DNA of 63,241 bases from Candidatus Falkowbacteria bacterium RIFOXYD12_FULL_34_57 (GCA_001780285.1 MFGN01000006.1:1-63241); one strand, 5' to 3'; counted from the stretch's first letter, positions 1 through 9,914 are shown. Numbers and translations: made by a program. Notes: generated by a model from the letters alone, not told the origin.

Positions 1-1677
1 GCAACAAGCGTTCGCGTTCTGGCATCCACAATCCGCATCTTGCGCCACATTACATCCAGCAGGACAATTTCCGTTGCATCCGTCAGGAACGCAGCCTGGA
101 GGACAATCCGGATCCAGGGCTCCGCAAGATATACCACAACAACCATCTCCCCCAAGACAGCCACAATCAGGATCACTAGCTACATCACAACCAATTGGGG
201 CACATACTCCGTTACAAGTATTATCACAGCAAAAAGTATTAAATGGCCCGCATACCCATGCACCCGCGCATCCGCAATTAGCCGCGCCACCACAACCCTC
301 CACCAAATTTCCGGCACCATTACAATACCAGGGAGCTCCACTTATAACAGAACAACTATTTCTGGCAGTCCCATCGCTACAAGCGCAAATCGGATTTATT
401 GCACAATCTGAATCATTACAGTTTATATTACCATCACAGTCATTGTCATAAATATCATTACAACTTGTTTCGTTGACCTCGTAGTTTAAAAATGGCACGG
501 TAATAGTAACCAGGGCTCCGTCAAGCTGGCAATCAGCATCGCACATATCCGCCATGGGCCAATCTGCGCCCTGATCGCCATCATTATCTTCGCTCAATAA
601 ATCGTTACACTGATTACAGTCTCCGGGCTCTAATATATTGGGCCATTCTCGTTCATTATCAGTACTACAAAGCCCGCTACAACCCGAATCTGCCATATCT
701 ATGTCGCCATCGCAATCATTATCATTTCCATCCCCACAGAAAAAAGACTCTGCAGCCTCATAAGGATTGCCCTCGCCTCCATCATCACCACAACAACTAA
801 AATTTCCTACTCTGGCCGCATTATAATCATAAAAAACTGGGCAAAGAAAAGAACAATTCTCCTCATTCATCCCTACGCCATCATCATTCGTTCCATTACA
901 ATTATTATCATAACCGTCACAAATTTCGAGATTACCAGGAAAACAATTTGCACCGCAAGAAAATATATTATCATCACAATCAACGGGGAAAGCATCTAAA
1001 GCACCGGGAGCACCGGGAGCACAAGTGTCATATCCGTCAATATCCAAATCTACACAATTACAATCACCAGGACAAAGCAATGCGTTCTCTCCGATTATTA
1101 AATCACAAAAACCATTTCCACAACAAGCATTAGTTGCTATAGCATTACAATCCAGCACACAAGAAGAGCATTCACCAATAGCTGTATTACACCCCCCAAC
1201 CCCGCAACATCCAACATTACCCATGCAATCAGCCGGACAAGTAACACATTCATTACAGGTTAAATCACAAAAACCATTAGGGCAGGTCACGGGGCACGCA
1301 CCACAATCCCCTGGACAATTGTTGCAGTCTTCCCCTGGTTCGCAAATAATATTATTATTACAAGCGCCCACTATGACGCAAAACGGCGAACCCACGCAGT
1401 CCGCATCATTACAGTCAGCCAAGCCATCACAATCATCATCGAAGGCATTAAAACAGAGTTCGGGAACACCAAAAGTAACCAGCGGATTAAAATCATCGCA
1501 ATCAAGTGCTGGAAAATCACAAACAGCAGACGCCGGACTGCCGTATCCATCGCCGTCAAAGTCTAAACAAACATCTTCACAAGCAGCAAAAACCAAACCA
1601 CTTATAAAAACAACACTAAACACTAAAACGAAAAAGGTGGTGAGTAATTTAAATTTATTAAATTTTTCTTTCTTCAT
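1..1677 (-). CDS. Cys-rich secreted protein, partial (C-terminus runs off the left edge)
   Basis: Absent from the ORF track because it has no stop inside the window. The reverse complement from the ATG at 1675-1677 reads MKKEKFNKFKLLTTFFVLVFSVVFISGLVFAACEDVCLDFDGDGYGSPASAVCDF...DDDCDG... This is a signal peptide followed by dense Cys and DGDGYG / DCDG motifs (MopE-like putative metal-binding motif). The frame is still open and Cys-rich at nt 1-60 (...AGCNVAQDADCGCQNANACC). Plus-strand ORFs 40..411, 74..451 and 1025..1690 are antisense shadows. Confidence 0.8.
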   Translation of the reverse strand, partial: MKKEKFNKFKLLTTFFVLVFSVVFISGLVFAACEDVCLDFDGDGYGSPASAVCDFPALDCDDFNPLVTFGVPELCFNAFDDDCDGLADCNDADCVGSPFCVIVGACNNNIICEPGEDCNNCPGDCGACPVTCPNGFCDLTCNECVTCPADCMGNVGCCGVGGCNTAIGECSSCVLDCNAIATNACCGNGFCDLIIGENALLCPGDCNCVDLDIDGYDTCAPGAPGALDAFPVDCDDNIFSCGANCFPGNLEICDGYDNNCNGTNDDGVGMNEENCSFLCPVFYDYNAARVGNFSCCGDDGGEGNPYEAAESFFCGDGNDNDCDGDIDMADSGCSGLCSTDNEREWPNILEPGDCNQCNDLLSEDNDGDQGADWPMADMCDADCQLDGALVTITVPFLNYEVNETSCNDIYDNDCDGNINCNDSDCAINPICACSDGTARNSCSVISGAPWYCNGAGNLVEGCGGAANCGCAGAWVCGPFNTFCCDNTCNGVCAPIGCDVASDPDCGCLGGDGCCGISCGALDPDCPPGCVPDGCNGNCPAGCNVAQDADCGCQNANACC

Positions 1678-1701
1678 ATTTAAAATATAAATAATAATTT
1701 A

Positions 1702-2583
1702 TCAAACCGAATTTTTTTCGTCTTTTTTCTTCATTATTTTGTATCCTACTACAATAAAACCAACAGCAACGAGTAAAACAATAGAAAATATAATATTTCC
1801 TTGGCTGAATATTTTAGACTTTACAATCACGCAATCTTGCGGGCAATTTTGCTCTGTTTCTTTTCCTGTGCACTTATTATCAACCTGACAAACAGAGGCG
1901 GACTTTATTTTTGCCGGAGCTGCAATTACAGCAAAATCTTTATCAATTTCCTGATTAACAAATCCCTGCTTTTCCAAATTAATTTTTAATGCAAAACTCC
2001 CCTCTTTTGTTGCCTCAAATATTGCTAAATTATTATCAAAAACTATACTCTGATCATCAACAAATGCATTAACACTTATATCACCTGAATTTCCCTCTAA
2101 CCTTATATACACTTTTTCTCCTTGCATAAATACTACTTTCCTTTCCGTACATTCTATATCGGCACATAACAGCGCATCGGCCTCAAACATTTTTTTTGTA
2201 CCGGATACAATAAATTCTTTTTCGTTTTTTATAACAGTTGTTTTATTTTGATCCATTACTTCTGCTTGCGCCCTGTATATTCCCTCCGGCATGGCCTCGC
2301 CGATTGTCATGGCGCACTCCAGCTTTTCACTTTTTTCTCCTGGTTTTAGATTAATCTCTATCATGGTGGGCATGGGGGGCATCTCATTGTTTGATGCCTC
2401 TATGCTACAAAACAATACCCCCACAACCTCCTGGGTATAGGTATTAATAAATTCAGTTTTCATAATTATTTTATCTCCGGGAAAATATTCTGTCTTGTTT
2501 AAATTAATTTCTAAAGGACTTGCCGCACCCGCATAAAAGAGTGGAAAAAATGCAAAGAATATAAATACTAATGTCTTTTTCAT
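1702..2583 (-). CDS. Secreted, C-terminally membrane-anchored hypothetical protein
   Basis: 293-aa ORF. N-terminal signal peptide MKKTLVFIFFAFFPLFYAGAAS. Short Cys knot (CQVDNKCTGKETEQNCPQDC) followed by a C-terminal TM helix IIFSIVLLVAVGFIVVGY and a basic tail. Confidence 0.7.
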   Translation of the reverse strand: MKKTLVFIFFAFFPLFYAGAASPLEINLNKTEYFPGDKIIMKTEFINTYTQEVVGVLFCSIEASNNEMPPMPTMIEINLKPGEKSEKLECAMTIGEAMPEGIYRAQAEVMDQNKTTVIKNEKEFIVSGTKKMFEADALLCADIECTERKVVFMQGEKVYIRLEGNSGDISVNAFVDDQSIVFDNNLAIFEATKEGSFALKINLEKQGFVNQEIDKDFAVIAAPAKIKSASVCQVDNKCTGKETEQNCPQDCVIVKSKIFSQGNIIFSIVLLVAVGFIVVGYKIMKKKDEKNSV

Positions 2584-2625
2584 ATTAAGTTTATTTAAAA
2601 ATTAAAATTAATTACCAAATATTAA

Positions 2626-5600
2626 TTACCAAGTAACAGCTTTAAATTTGGGCTGTAAGGTCGGATCTCCCATAAGAATATAATCATTGTCCCAACAATT
2701 ACCGGCGACACGAAGCTTCAAAAACATTTCTCCTGTAGTCAGGTTCGCATCTTCTCCTAAATATTTGATTCCATTGGTGATTATATTGCCACTAGAAGTC
2801 CAGGCTATGCCTACTGCACCAACATAGCCAAGCGCCCCCCTTCTAATCATATGCGCGCCAAAATTTCTATTGGTATATTGCCAATAATCATTAGTCAAAC
2901 AGGCGGTTCCGATAGAAACCGTCATATCAAGCCAGGGAATATTATTATAATCCATGGTTTGATACCAAGCATATGGACTACCATGATCAGCAAAACTAAT
3001 ATAGTTTTTATTTTTATAAACACTATATGGTGGATTTTTACTTTGCGTGCAATTAGCCAAGCTATCTTCTGTGTAACAGCTAGCGTTATAACCCGAAGCT
3101 GTTAACTTGTCCCGAATTTCTTTGGAGTAATTACTACAATAAGCAAAAGAGTGCCCCACAGACACACTGCTCCAATTAGCGCCGTAAATTTTATTTCTTA
3201 AATAGTCATAATTAATGCTGCGCGCAATATGAGCAGAAGCATCAGCTACGGATATACCATATATTCTTCCGGTATTTATTTGGACATCCACATTATCAAG
3301 AGAACCATATACCCAGTCCCGGGGTGCTCTATGTTGCCAAGAACCAGTACACTGATCATCGTAAACAGAATCCGGCAGGGCTCTGGGGGTAGCGATAATA
3401 GTTAAAAAATCCGGCGGATTGACAAAAAAATTATTTATAGCATAAGCAGCGTCCGTGTCAGCCTGTGCGGCATTTGCCGTAATCACGGCGCTGGCACTGC
3501 AGGAAGTATTGGTTCCCGAATCTCCTAAATCAGAAAAGGTTATCACCTCTTCTTTGGCAGCTGCTAAAAAGGGAGCGGCCAAAGACATTTTGGTATACAT
3601 ATCCGCTATAGCTGTACCCTTTTCTGTTGTATAGGATTGAGAATATTTTATAGTTAAATCATTTGGATTAACCAGTATTAATTTATTACTATTTGAGGTT
3701 CCTGAATACCACTTTTGCAACTCTTCTATGGTGTAATCAACCTGACAGGAAGCATTATTATTAATATAGGCTTGAGTCGGACCATCCAGGGTGCCAACCG
3801 TATATATTGTTTTACCGTTAATTATTCCTTGATAACTCGCTAAATTAGAATTATTCACAAAAATTATCGGGCTATTGTGTTCCGATGCGAGTACGCTGGC
3901 GATCAATCCTGATTTATAATCATTATAGTCCACCACCACCAAAGTATTATAACCAGTCCAATAACTAAAATAATCGCTGGCATTAATATTGTTAATATTT
4001 ACAGCATTCATTCCGGCTCCAACGGGTTTGGATGCTACTAATAAATTGTTTATAGCGGCCAAAGTGGTGCCCACAGTGGTTAAATGATCGGGTTCATATT
4101 GCTGCATGAAGTGAATACTGGAATCCACATCAAAATTACCAACCTCTTTATGATAAATAAGGGACGGATAAGCATGAATCGTGTTTCCGTCTTTCCATGT
4201 GGTAACCGGCACCATAGCTAAAACATCGCGCCAATTTTCATCAGCAATAAAAAATACTTCTTTCGCGCTATATTGGGCATTGTTTTTAGTATTGCTTATC
4301 GCGCATCCGCCGTTAATAGTGATATTCACAGAAGTATTAACAGTCGCGTTCACGGCATCTTTAACTGTAAAAGTAATCACATGGCTTCCGACCGATAAAT
4401 CATTTTTAAATAATTTATCCCCCGTGCCAAGCGCTCCGTCTATATTAGAATTCCATGAATAATTATATGGCACTACTCCGCCCGTAGCCGAACCAAACAA
4501 AGCCACCACCTCGTCAATACGTTTAAAAACACTATTGGGGGCTGGCGAATTAATTACTGGTAAAACAGGAGACGGCGATGTGATGGTTAAATTAATACTG
4601 GCGCTACCCGTATTTCCCTTGGCATCAATTGTAGTCATGGTTATAAAATGACTCCCAACTGAAAGATTATTGACATTAAAATTTTTCTCCGTGCTAATAT
4701 CCCCATCTAAACTAGAGCTCCATTTAAAGGTATGCGGCCAAACACCCCATTTAAGAACATTTGACACAAAAGATACATCATCCCCTTGTTGAAAAGTGCT
4801 GTTATTCGCAGGGGAATTAATTACAACATCAATTGGGACAAATGGGATTATTTGAAGATAATTAGTTTTAGAAACACTTGCATTGTTAGAGTCTGTCACC
4901 GTAAGAGTAATTGCGTGCACCCCCAAAGATAAATCATCTTTTTGAAAACTGTCCCAATTATCTATTTTAGGGCCAGAAGCATTCAACACTCCAGCTTTGT
5001 CAGATTTCCACAAGTATGAAAATGGAGCTGTACCCCCATCAACGCTTGCACTAAACCAAACAGTAAACATTTCTTCCATATTCTGACCATTGTGTGGACC
5101 CATATTTGCAATTATAAAATCAGATATTTTAAATGTTTCAGTATCTGTAACCACATTACTGGCACTATCGGTTACTGTTAGCGTAACTTGATGATCTCCA
5201 AGTGTCCAAGACGACACATCAACACTGGACCATTGATCTGTAGCAAAATCCCCTTCTAAATTAGAATTCCACTTGAAAATATAAGGGGTGGCTCCGCCAC
5301 TAACCTGAACACCGAAATTAGCAGGCCTGGTTGGGTCCCTGGCAAACTCCGTTTGCCAAGTATCAATATTGGCTATAAGAGTACCTGCCGGTAAAATATT
5401 TATTTGGATATTATCGGAATTTGCTTGACTGGCAGAGTCTGTAACGGTGGCGGTGATTATATGCGTTCCAATGGTCCACAAAGACACATCCTGCCACGGC
5501 CATTGATTAGTAGAAAAATCTCCTTCCAGATTAGAATTCCAGTTAAATGTATAAGGAGGTGTCCCACCTAAAACCAAAGCTTCAAAACTAACACCACCAA

Positions 5601-8223
5601 CACCTCCACCAGCCACATCATATCCGTCATCAGGTCTTTTTATTTCAACTTGCAAGCATAATTGATTTTCAATTGGTTTATTTAATGTTGTCCCGCAGTT
5701 ATTATTATCGGTACAAATCCTGCTTTGTGTACCGCCCACACAAGCAGAAAACGGAGTACATGTCCAATTTTCCACACAAACACAACCATTGTCCGCCACA
5801 CCATCACAATCCTCATCCAATCCATTTCCGCATATTTCCGCCTTTGGTGTTATTTCCCCGGCACATATCGGACTCCATGCTCCGGACACGCAAGTCTGGG
5901 TACCCTGTTGGCACTCTCCAACATTTGATCCACAATTTTGAGTAGTACCGTTTATGCAAACAGATGTATCTGCACAATTACACAACACGTATTTATCATC
6001 ACTGCACATACTAAAATTACTGGTATTGCGTATCCAGTTGTTAACCGAATTTGAATTCCCCTGTGTGCCAAAATAAGGATTTCCAACAGTACAATTCCCC
6101 GTACCATTAAATCCCCAATTATTACACTGATAACTCCAAAATAACCCCGTACAACCGCCAGTAGCTGCCGCGTCTGGGGTTATAGATCCGTCATTCTGGG
6201 ATCCTGTCCAAAAATTACCTGGTGTATTACCTAACCCCGTTGCGACATTTATCAATAAAGAGTTGTCCAAAATATCATTCCAATTCTTGGCAAATTTTCT
6301 ATATATTCCGTCACTCGAATTAAACATATAGATTCCGTCCGTATTGCTATAGCCATAATTTGTGGGCATATCCCTAATCTCATCACTGGCATTCGTAGAA
6401 ACAAATGCATGAAAATTTCCATTACAGCCTAAACCAGTGGGTTTATTGTTTTCACAAAAATTATCTACCCCAGATCTTCCCCCAAAGTTGGCATTATGGG
6501 TTATACTAGCTTTATACATTATAGTGGGGTTAGTATCTGGTATGTCATCCATGCTGCCATATTCTTCATTTGATATACACGAACACAACAAAGGTTTACT
6601 ATCACTGCACATACTAAAATTACTGGTATTGCGTATCCAGTTGTTAACCGAATTTGAATTCCCCTGTGTGCCAAAATAAGGATTTCCAACAGTACAATCT
6701 CCAATACCGTTAAATGTCCAATTATTACACTGATAACTCCAAAATAACCCCGTACAACTACCAACTGCTGCTGCGTCTGGGGTTATAGATCCGTCATTCT
6801 GGGATCCTGTCCAAAAATTACCGGCAAAAACACCAAGCCCTGTTGCCGGACTAGCCAAAATTGAACCATCAAGCATATCCGCCCAATTAGAGGCGAACAA
6901 CGTAAAATTATTCGTATTTTTATTATACCAATACAACTCCGCATCTATGGGATAGGTATAATTTGTAGGCATATCCCTGATCTCATCACTGGCATTTGTA
7001 GAAATAAATGCATGAATATTATTACATGTTAATTCTGATGGCTTATTACTTTGACAAAAAGAATCAGCCCCGCTTCTTCCACCCACATTCCCTATTGTGG
7101 TTGAAGTTTTATAAAAAACAATACCATGCGCACCAGATAAAGTAACCACCTTATTAATCCATATTGGTCCCGGAGGATTTGGTTCTGACCCCATGTTGGC
7201 ACTAGCATCTATCACATGAAGGCCATACCAAAAAATTCCAGAAGAAGGTGTGTCGGATAAAGTTCCCGTATAAGATAAACCGGATATATTTGACTGAGAA
7301 ACATTAACCCAAACTCCTGGTACCCCCAAATTATCCGGAGCTACCCAAAGTTCAACTTTATTAAGATTTACATTATCTGTTACGGAAAAACTAGCTGTAG
7401 ATATATTGGTAGCACTATTAAACGAAACACTAAAAGAGGTTACAATTGGATCAATAACATCGACACATCCCTCGTCGGACGTGCCATCACAATCCTCATC
7501 CAATCCATTTCCACATATTTCCGCCTTTGGTGTTATTTCCCCGGCGCATATCGGACTCCATGCTCCGGACACGCAAGTCTTGGTACCCTGTTGGCACTCT
7601 CCAACATTTGATCCGCAATTTTGAGTAGTACCGTTTATGCACACAGGACAATCAACTGCGCAAGTAGCATTGGTTTCTGCGGCATTACATGTTCCATCTC
7701 CGCAGCATCCACCGACACCGCAATCCGGATCTTTTGCTATAGAACAATTAATATTGGAACAAGTATTATTGCATGCTCCGTCGCAACAGAATGTAAATGC
7801 CGGACCACATACCCATGTCCCGGCACATCCGCAAAGTCCGCAATTTTCTATTAAATTTCCGCTATTATTGCAATACCACGGTTTTCCTGTATTTACTGAA
7901 CACTGATTATATGGCGTGTTATCCGCGCAAGTTGGCGACGGCGAAACTCCTCCACAGACACCGCCTGCGCACATCTGACCGGTTAAACTGCAATCCTGCA
8001 AGAGACACCAGTCATTATAATTATCACCATCGCATCCGGGACCCAGGGTACATGCCATCACATTATTTCCTTCGCATTTATTCGGTTCAGTCATATTACA
8101 TTCATGATAACAGCAATCTGTAGCAGCTTCTGTCTTTGGTGTACAAAAATAGCCCAGAAGCATAATCGTTGTTAAAACCGGGATACTGATTAAAAAAATT
8201 GATGATTTTTTAAGATAGTACAT
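2626..8223 (-). CDS. Giant (1865 aa) multidomain surface protein. Order: N-terminal anchor, Cys-rich module, MopE-like CxGxDEDCDG modules, 2x endostatin/DUF1554-like domains, 5x Ig/PKD-like repeats, C-terminal clan-CD (C25 gingipain-like) peptidase domain
   Basis: Single uninterrupted ORF. The module CINGTTQNCGSNVGECQQGT.TCVSGAWSPICAGEITPKAEICGNGLDEDCDG occurs twice. The block GGRSG.D.FC..NKP...C....HAF(I/V)STNASDEIRDMPTNY...FWTGSQNDGSITPDAA..G.CTGLFWSYQCNNW.FNG.G.CTVGNPYFGTQGNSNSVNNWIRNTSNFSMCSD occurs twice and resembles endostatin/DUF1554. Five repeats have the form GG..PY.F.W.S.L.GD...H.IT.TVTD. The C-terminus carries YISFADHGSPYAW (His codon 2983-2985) and VSIGTACLTNDYW (Cys codon 2899-2901), then GALGYVGAVG and LMGDPTLQP. 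This is the His-Gly / Ala-Cys dyad pattern of clan CD peptidases. Confidence 0.85.
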   Translation of the reverse strand: MYYLKKSSIFLISIPVLTTIMLLGYFCTPKTEAATDCCYHECNMTEPNKCEGNNVMACTLGPGCDGDNYNDWCLLQDCSLTGQMCAGGVCGGVSPSPTCADNTPYNQCSVNTGKPWYCNNSGNLIENCGLCGCAGTWVCGPAFTFCCDGACNNTCSNINCSIAKDPDCGVGGCCGDGTCNAAETNATCAVDCPVCINGTTQNCGSNVGECQQGTKTCVSGAWSPICAGEITPKAEICGNGLDEDCDGTSDEGCVDVIDPIVTSFSVSFNSATNISTASFSVTDNVNLNKVELWVAPDNLGVPGVWVNVSQSNISGLSYTGTLSDTPSSGIFWYGLHVIDASANMGSEPNPPGPIWINKVVTLSGAHGIVFYKTSTTIGNVGGRSGADSFCQSNKPSELTCNNIHAFISTNASDEIRDMPTNYTYPIDAELYWYNKNTNNFTLFASNWADMLDGSILASPATGLGVFAGNFWTGSQNDGSITPDAAAVGSCTGLFWSYQCNNWTFNGIGDCTVGNPYFGTQGNSNSVNNWIRNTSNFSMCSDSKPLLCSCISNEEYGSMDDIPDTNPTIMYKASITHNANFGGRSGVDNFCENNKPTGLGCNGNFHAFVSTNASDEIRDMPTNYGYSNTDGIYMFNSSDGIYRKFAKNWNDILDNSLLINVATGLGNTPGNFWTGSQNDGSITPDAAATGGCTGLFWSYQCNNWGFNGTGNCTVGNPYFGTQGNSNSVNNWIRNTSNFSMCSDDKYVLCNCADTSVCINGTTQNCGSNVGECQQGTQTCVSGAWSPICAGEITPKAEICGNGLDEDCDGVADNGCVCVENWTCTPFSACVGGTQSRICTDNNNCGTTLNKPIENQLCLQVEIKRPDDGYDVAGGGVGGVSFEALVLGGTPPYTFNWNSNLEGDFSTNQWPWQDVSLWTIGTHIITATVTDSASQANSDNIQINILPAGTLIANIDTWQTEFARDPTRPANFGVQVSGGATPYIFKWNSNLEGDFATDQWSSVDVSSWTLGDHQVTLTVTDSASNVVTDTETFKISDFIIANMGPHNGQNMEEMFTVWFSASVDGGTAPFSYLWKSDKAGVLNASGPKIDNWDSFQKDDLSLGVHAITLTVTDSNNASVSKTNYLQIIPFVPIDVVINSPANNSTFQQGDDVSFVSNVLKWGVWPHTFKWSSSLDGDISTEKNFNVNNLSVGSHFITMTTIDAKGNTGSASINLTITSPSPVLPVINSPAPNSVFKRIDEVVALFGSATGGVVPYNYSWNSNIDGALGTGDKLFKNDLSVGSHVITFTVKDAVNATVNTSVNITINGGCAISNTKNNAQYSAKEVFFIADENWRDVLAMVPVTTWKDGNTIHAYPSLIYHKEVGNFDVDSSIHFMQQYEPDHLTTVGTTLAAINNLLVASKPVGAGMNAVNINNINASDYFSYWTGYNTLVVVDYNDYKSGLIASVLASEHNSPIIFVNNSNLASYQGIINGKTIYTVGTLDGPTQAYINNNASCQVDYTIEELQKWYSGTSNSNKLILVNPNDLTIKYSQSYTTEKGTAIADMYTKMSLAAPFLAAAKEEVITFSDLGDSGTNTSCSASAVITANAAQADTDAAYAINNFFVNPPDFLTIIATPRALPDSVYDDQCTGSWQHRAPRDWVYGSLDNVDVQINTGRIYGISVADASAHIARSINYDYLRNKIYGANWSSVSVGHSFAYCSNYSKEIRDKLTASGYNASCYTEDSLANCTQSKNPPYSVYKNKNYISFADHGSPYAWYQTMDYNNIPWLDMTVSIGTACLTNDYWQYTNRNFGAHMIRRGALGYVGAVGIAWTSSGNIITNGIKYLGEDANLTTGEMFLKLRVAGNCWDNDYILMGDPTLQPKFKAVTW
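5801..5958. repeat. Intragenic direct repeat, copy 1 (partner 7484..7641)
   Basis: 158 nt with 4 mismatches to 7484..7641 by eye. Encodes the duplicated MopE-like module. Confidence 0.9.
5998..6229. repeat. Intragenic direct repeat, copy 1 (partner 6601..6832)
   Basis: 232 nt, near-identical to 6601..6832 (atcactgcacatactaaaattactggtattgcgtatccagttgttaaccg...). Lower-identity similarity continues about 200 nt further on both copies. Encodes the C-terminal part of the duplicated endostatin-like domain. Confidence 0.9.
6601..6832. repeat. Intragenic direct repeat, copy 2 (partner 5998..6229)
   Basis: See partner. Confidence 0.9.
7484..7641. repeat. Intragenic direct repeat, copy 2 (partner 5801..5958)
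   Basis: See partner. ccatcacaatcctcatccaatccatttcc...gagtagtaccgtttatgca is shared. Confidence 0.9.
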
Positions 8224-8297
8224 AATAATAATATTTAAAAAATTAACGATTTTAATACGACAATAAAAATCTTAAACATTTTTAATATTTTAAAATC

Positions 8298-9914
8298 CTA
8301 CAACAAGCTTATGCCTGTCATTTCTTTTGGTTTTTCTAATTTTAAAAGCTTTAATATTGTGGGTGCAACATCGGAAAGAATTCCCTGTGGCTGCACCAAG
8401 CTTAAATCACTGCCCACAGAATCCTGCCAACCAAAAGTACGACCTCGATATTCGTTGCCAATCAAAATAAAAGGAACGGGGTTGGATGTGTGTTCTTTGT
8501 CCATTTGTCCGCTTTGCATATTAAACATAATTTCTGCATTTCCATGATCAGCGGTAATTATTGCCACTCCGCCCTTAAACAAAACACTATCAACAACCCT
8601 TTTTATTTCTCCGTCCAATGTTTCTATGGCCCTAATGGTGGCATCAATGTTGCCGGTATGCCCCACCATGTCAGCGTTGGCGTAATTTATTAAAATAAAA
8701 TCATAAATCTCGTCATCTATCACATCCAAAACTCTTTTTGTTACCTCCAGGGCTGACATTTCCGGCTTTTGGTCATAGCTAGATACATGAGGGGAGGGAA
8801 CGAGTATATGATCTTCATTTTTCATTTTTTCTTCTATGCCTCCATTAAAAAAATAAGTGACATGGGCATATTTTTCCGTCTCCGCAATTCTTAATTGTTT
8901 TAAATTTGCTTCAGAAATTATGGCACCCAAGGAATTGCGCGCATCATCCGGCAAAAAAGCTATTTCTACCGGCAGCCCCTTTTCATATTCAGTAAAACAA
9001 ACAAAAACTAAATTATTTAAAAATCTCGGCCTATCAAATTTATCAAAATCAGAAGAAACAAAGGCTTTGGTTATTTGCCTTGCCCTGTCTGGACGAAAAT
9101 TATAAAACACAACTGAATCATTATCAGAAATTCTCATATCCTCTCCGCATTCCTGAATAATTGTCGGTTTAAACTCTTCGTCAAAAATTTTATTTTTATA
9201 ACTATCCTCCAGAGCCAAAACAGGATCACTACTTTCCTCCCCTATACCCTCAGTCATAGCCAAATAAGATGTCGCTATACGATCCCAGTTGTTGTTTCTA
9301 TCCATGGCATAGAAACGCCCCGAAATAGTAGCAATCTTCCCAACCCCATATCTGGAGATGCTTTTTTGAATTCCTTTTACGAAATTAATTCCGGCGTTAT
9401 AAGTAGTATCTCTACCATCCAAAATAACATGCACACAAACCTTAGACAAATTATTCTTTTGAGCTAAGAGCAATAAAGCATATAAATGATCAATGGATGA
9501 GTGTACCCCCCCATTAGAGGCAAGCCCCATGATATGAAATTTAGAATTATTTTTTTTGGCATGCTCCACTGCCTTCATTAAAGCTGGATTCTTATAAAAA
9601 CTGTTATCGCTAATTGATTTATTAATTTTTGGTAAATTTTGATAAACAATTCTTCCTAGTCCCAAATTCAAATGTCCCACCTCACTATTCCCCCCCTCTC
9701 CCCAAGGCAAGCCGACAGCCTCCCCTGATGCGCGCAATGTCATAGATGGGTACTCTGCTATTAAATTATTAATATTGGGTGTCTTGGATCTGGTTATGGA
9801 GTTACCAGCGTAATGCTCACAGATTCCCCACCCATCCAGAATAATCAAAACAATGGGTCTTGGGATTTTATTATCTTTATTATCTAAACTAACATCTATC
9901 TTTTTATTTTCCAT
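8298..9914 (-). CDS. gpmI: 2,3-bisphosphoglycerate-independent phosphoglycerate mutase, copy 1
   Basis: 538 aa. Has the iPGM signature motifs ILDGWG, GGNSEVGHLNLGLGR (phospho-Ser), NADMVGHTGN, ITADHGNAE and EHTSNPVPF. Confidence 0.93.
   Translation of the reverse strand: MENKKIDVSLDNKDNKIPRPIVLIILDGWGICEHYAGNSITRSKTPNINNLIAEYPSMTLRASGEAVGLPWGEGGNSEVGHLNLGLGRIVYQNLPKINKSISDNSFYKNPALMKAVEHAKKNNSKFHIMGLASNGGVHSSIDHLYALLLLAQKNNLSKVCVHVILDGRDTTYNAGINFVKGIQKSISRYGVGKIATISGRFYAMDRNNNWDRIATSYLAMTEGIGEESSDPVLALEDSYKNKIFDEEFKPTIIQECGEDMRISDNDSVVFYNFRPDRARQITKAFVSSDFDKFDRPRFLNNLVFVCFTEYEKGLPVEIAFLPDDARNSLGAIISEANLKQLRIAETEKYAHVTYFFNGGIEEKMKNEDHILVPSPHVSSYDQKPEMSALEVTKRVLDVIDDEIYDFILINYANADMVGHTGNIDATIRAIETLDGEIKRVVDSVLFKGGVAIITADHGNAEIMFNMQSGQMDKEHTSNPVPFILIGNEYRGRTFGWQDSVGSDLSLVQPQGILSDVAPTILKLLKLEKPKEMTGISLL

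Noticed and set aside
40-1690. Plus-strand ORFs 40..411, 74..451, 948..1133 and 1025..1690 (Pro/Gln/Ser/Thr-rich)
   Set aside because: They are antisense to a much better minus-strand reading frame with a signal peptide and Cys-rich modules. Their low-complexity composition is what the complement of TGY/GGN-rich codons produces. The same applies to 5673..5945, 7406..7906 and other plus-strand ORFs inside the giant gene.
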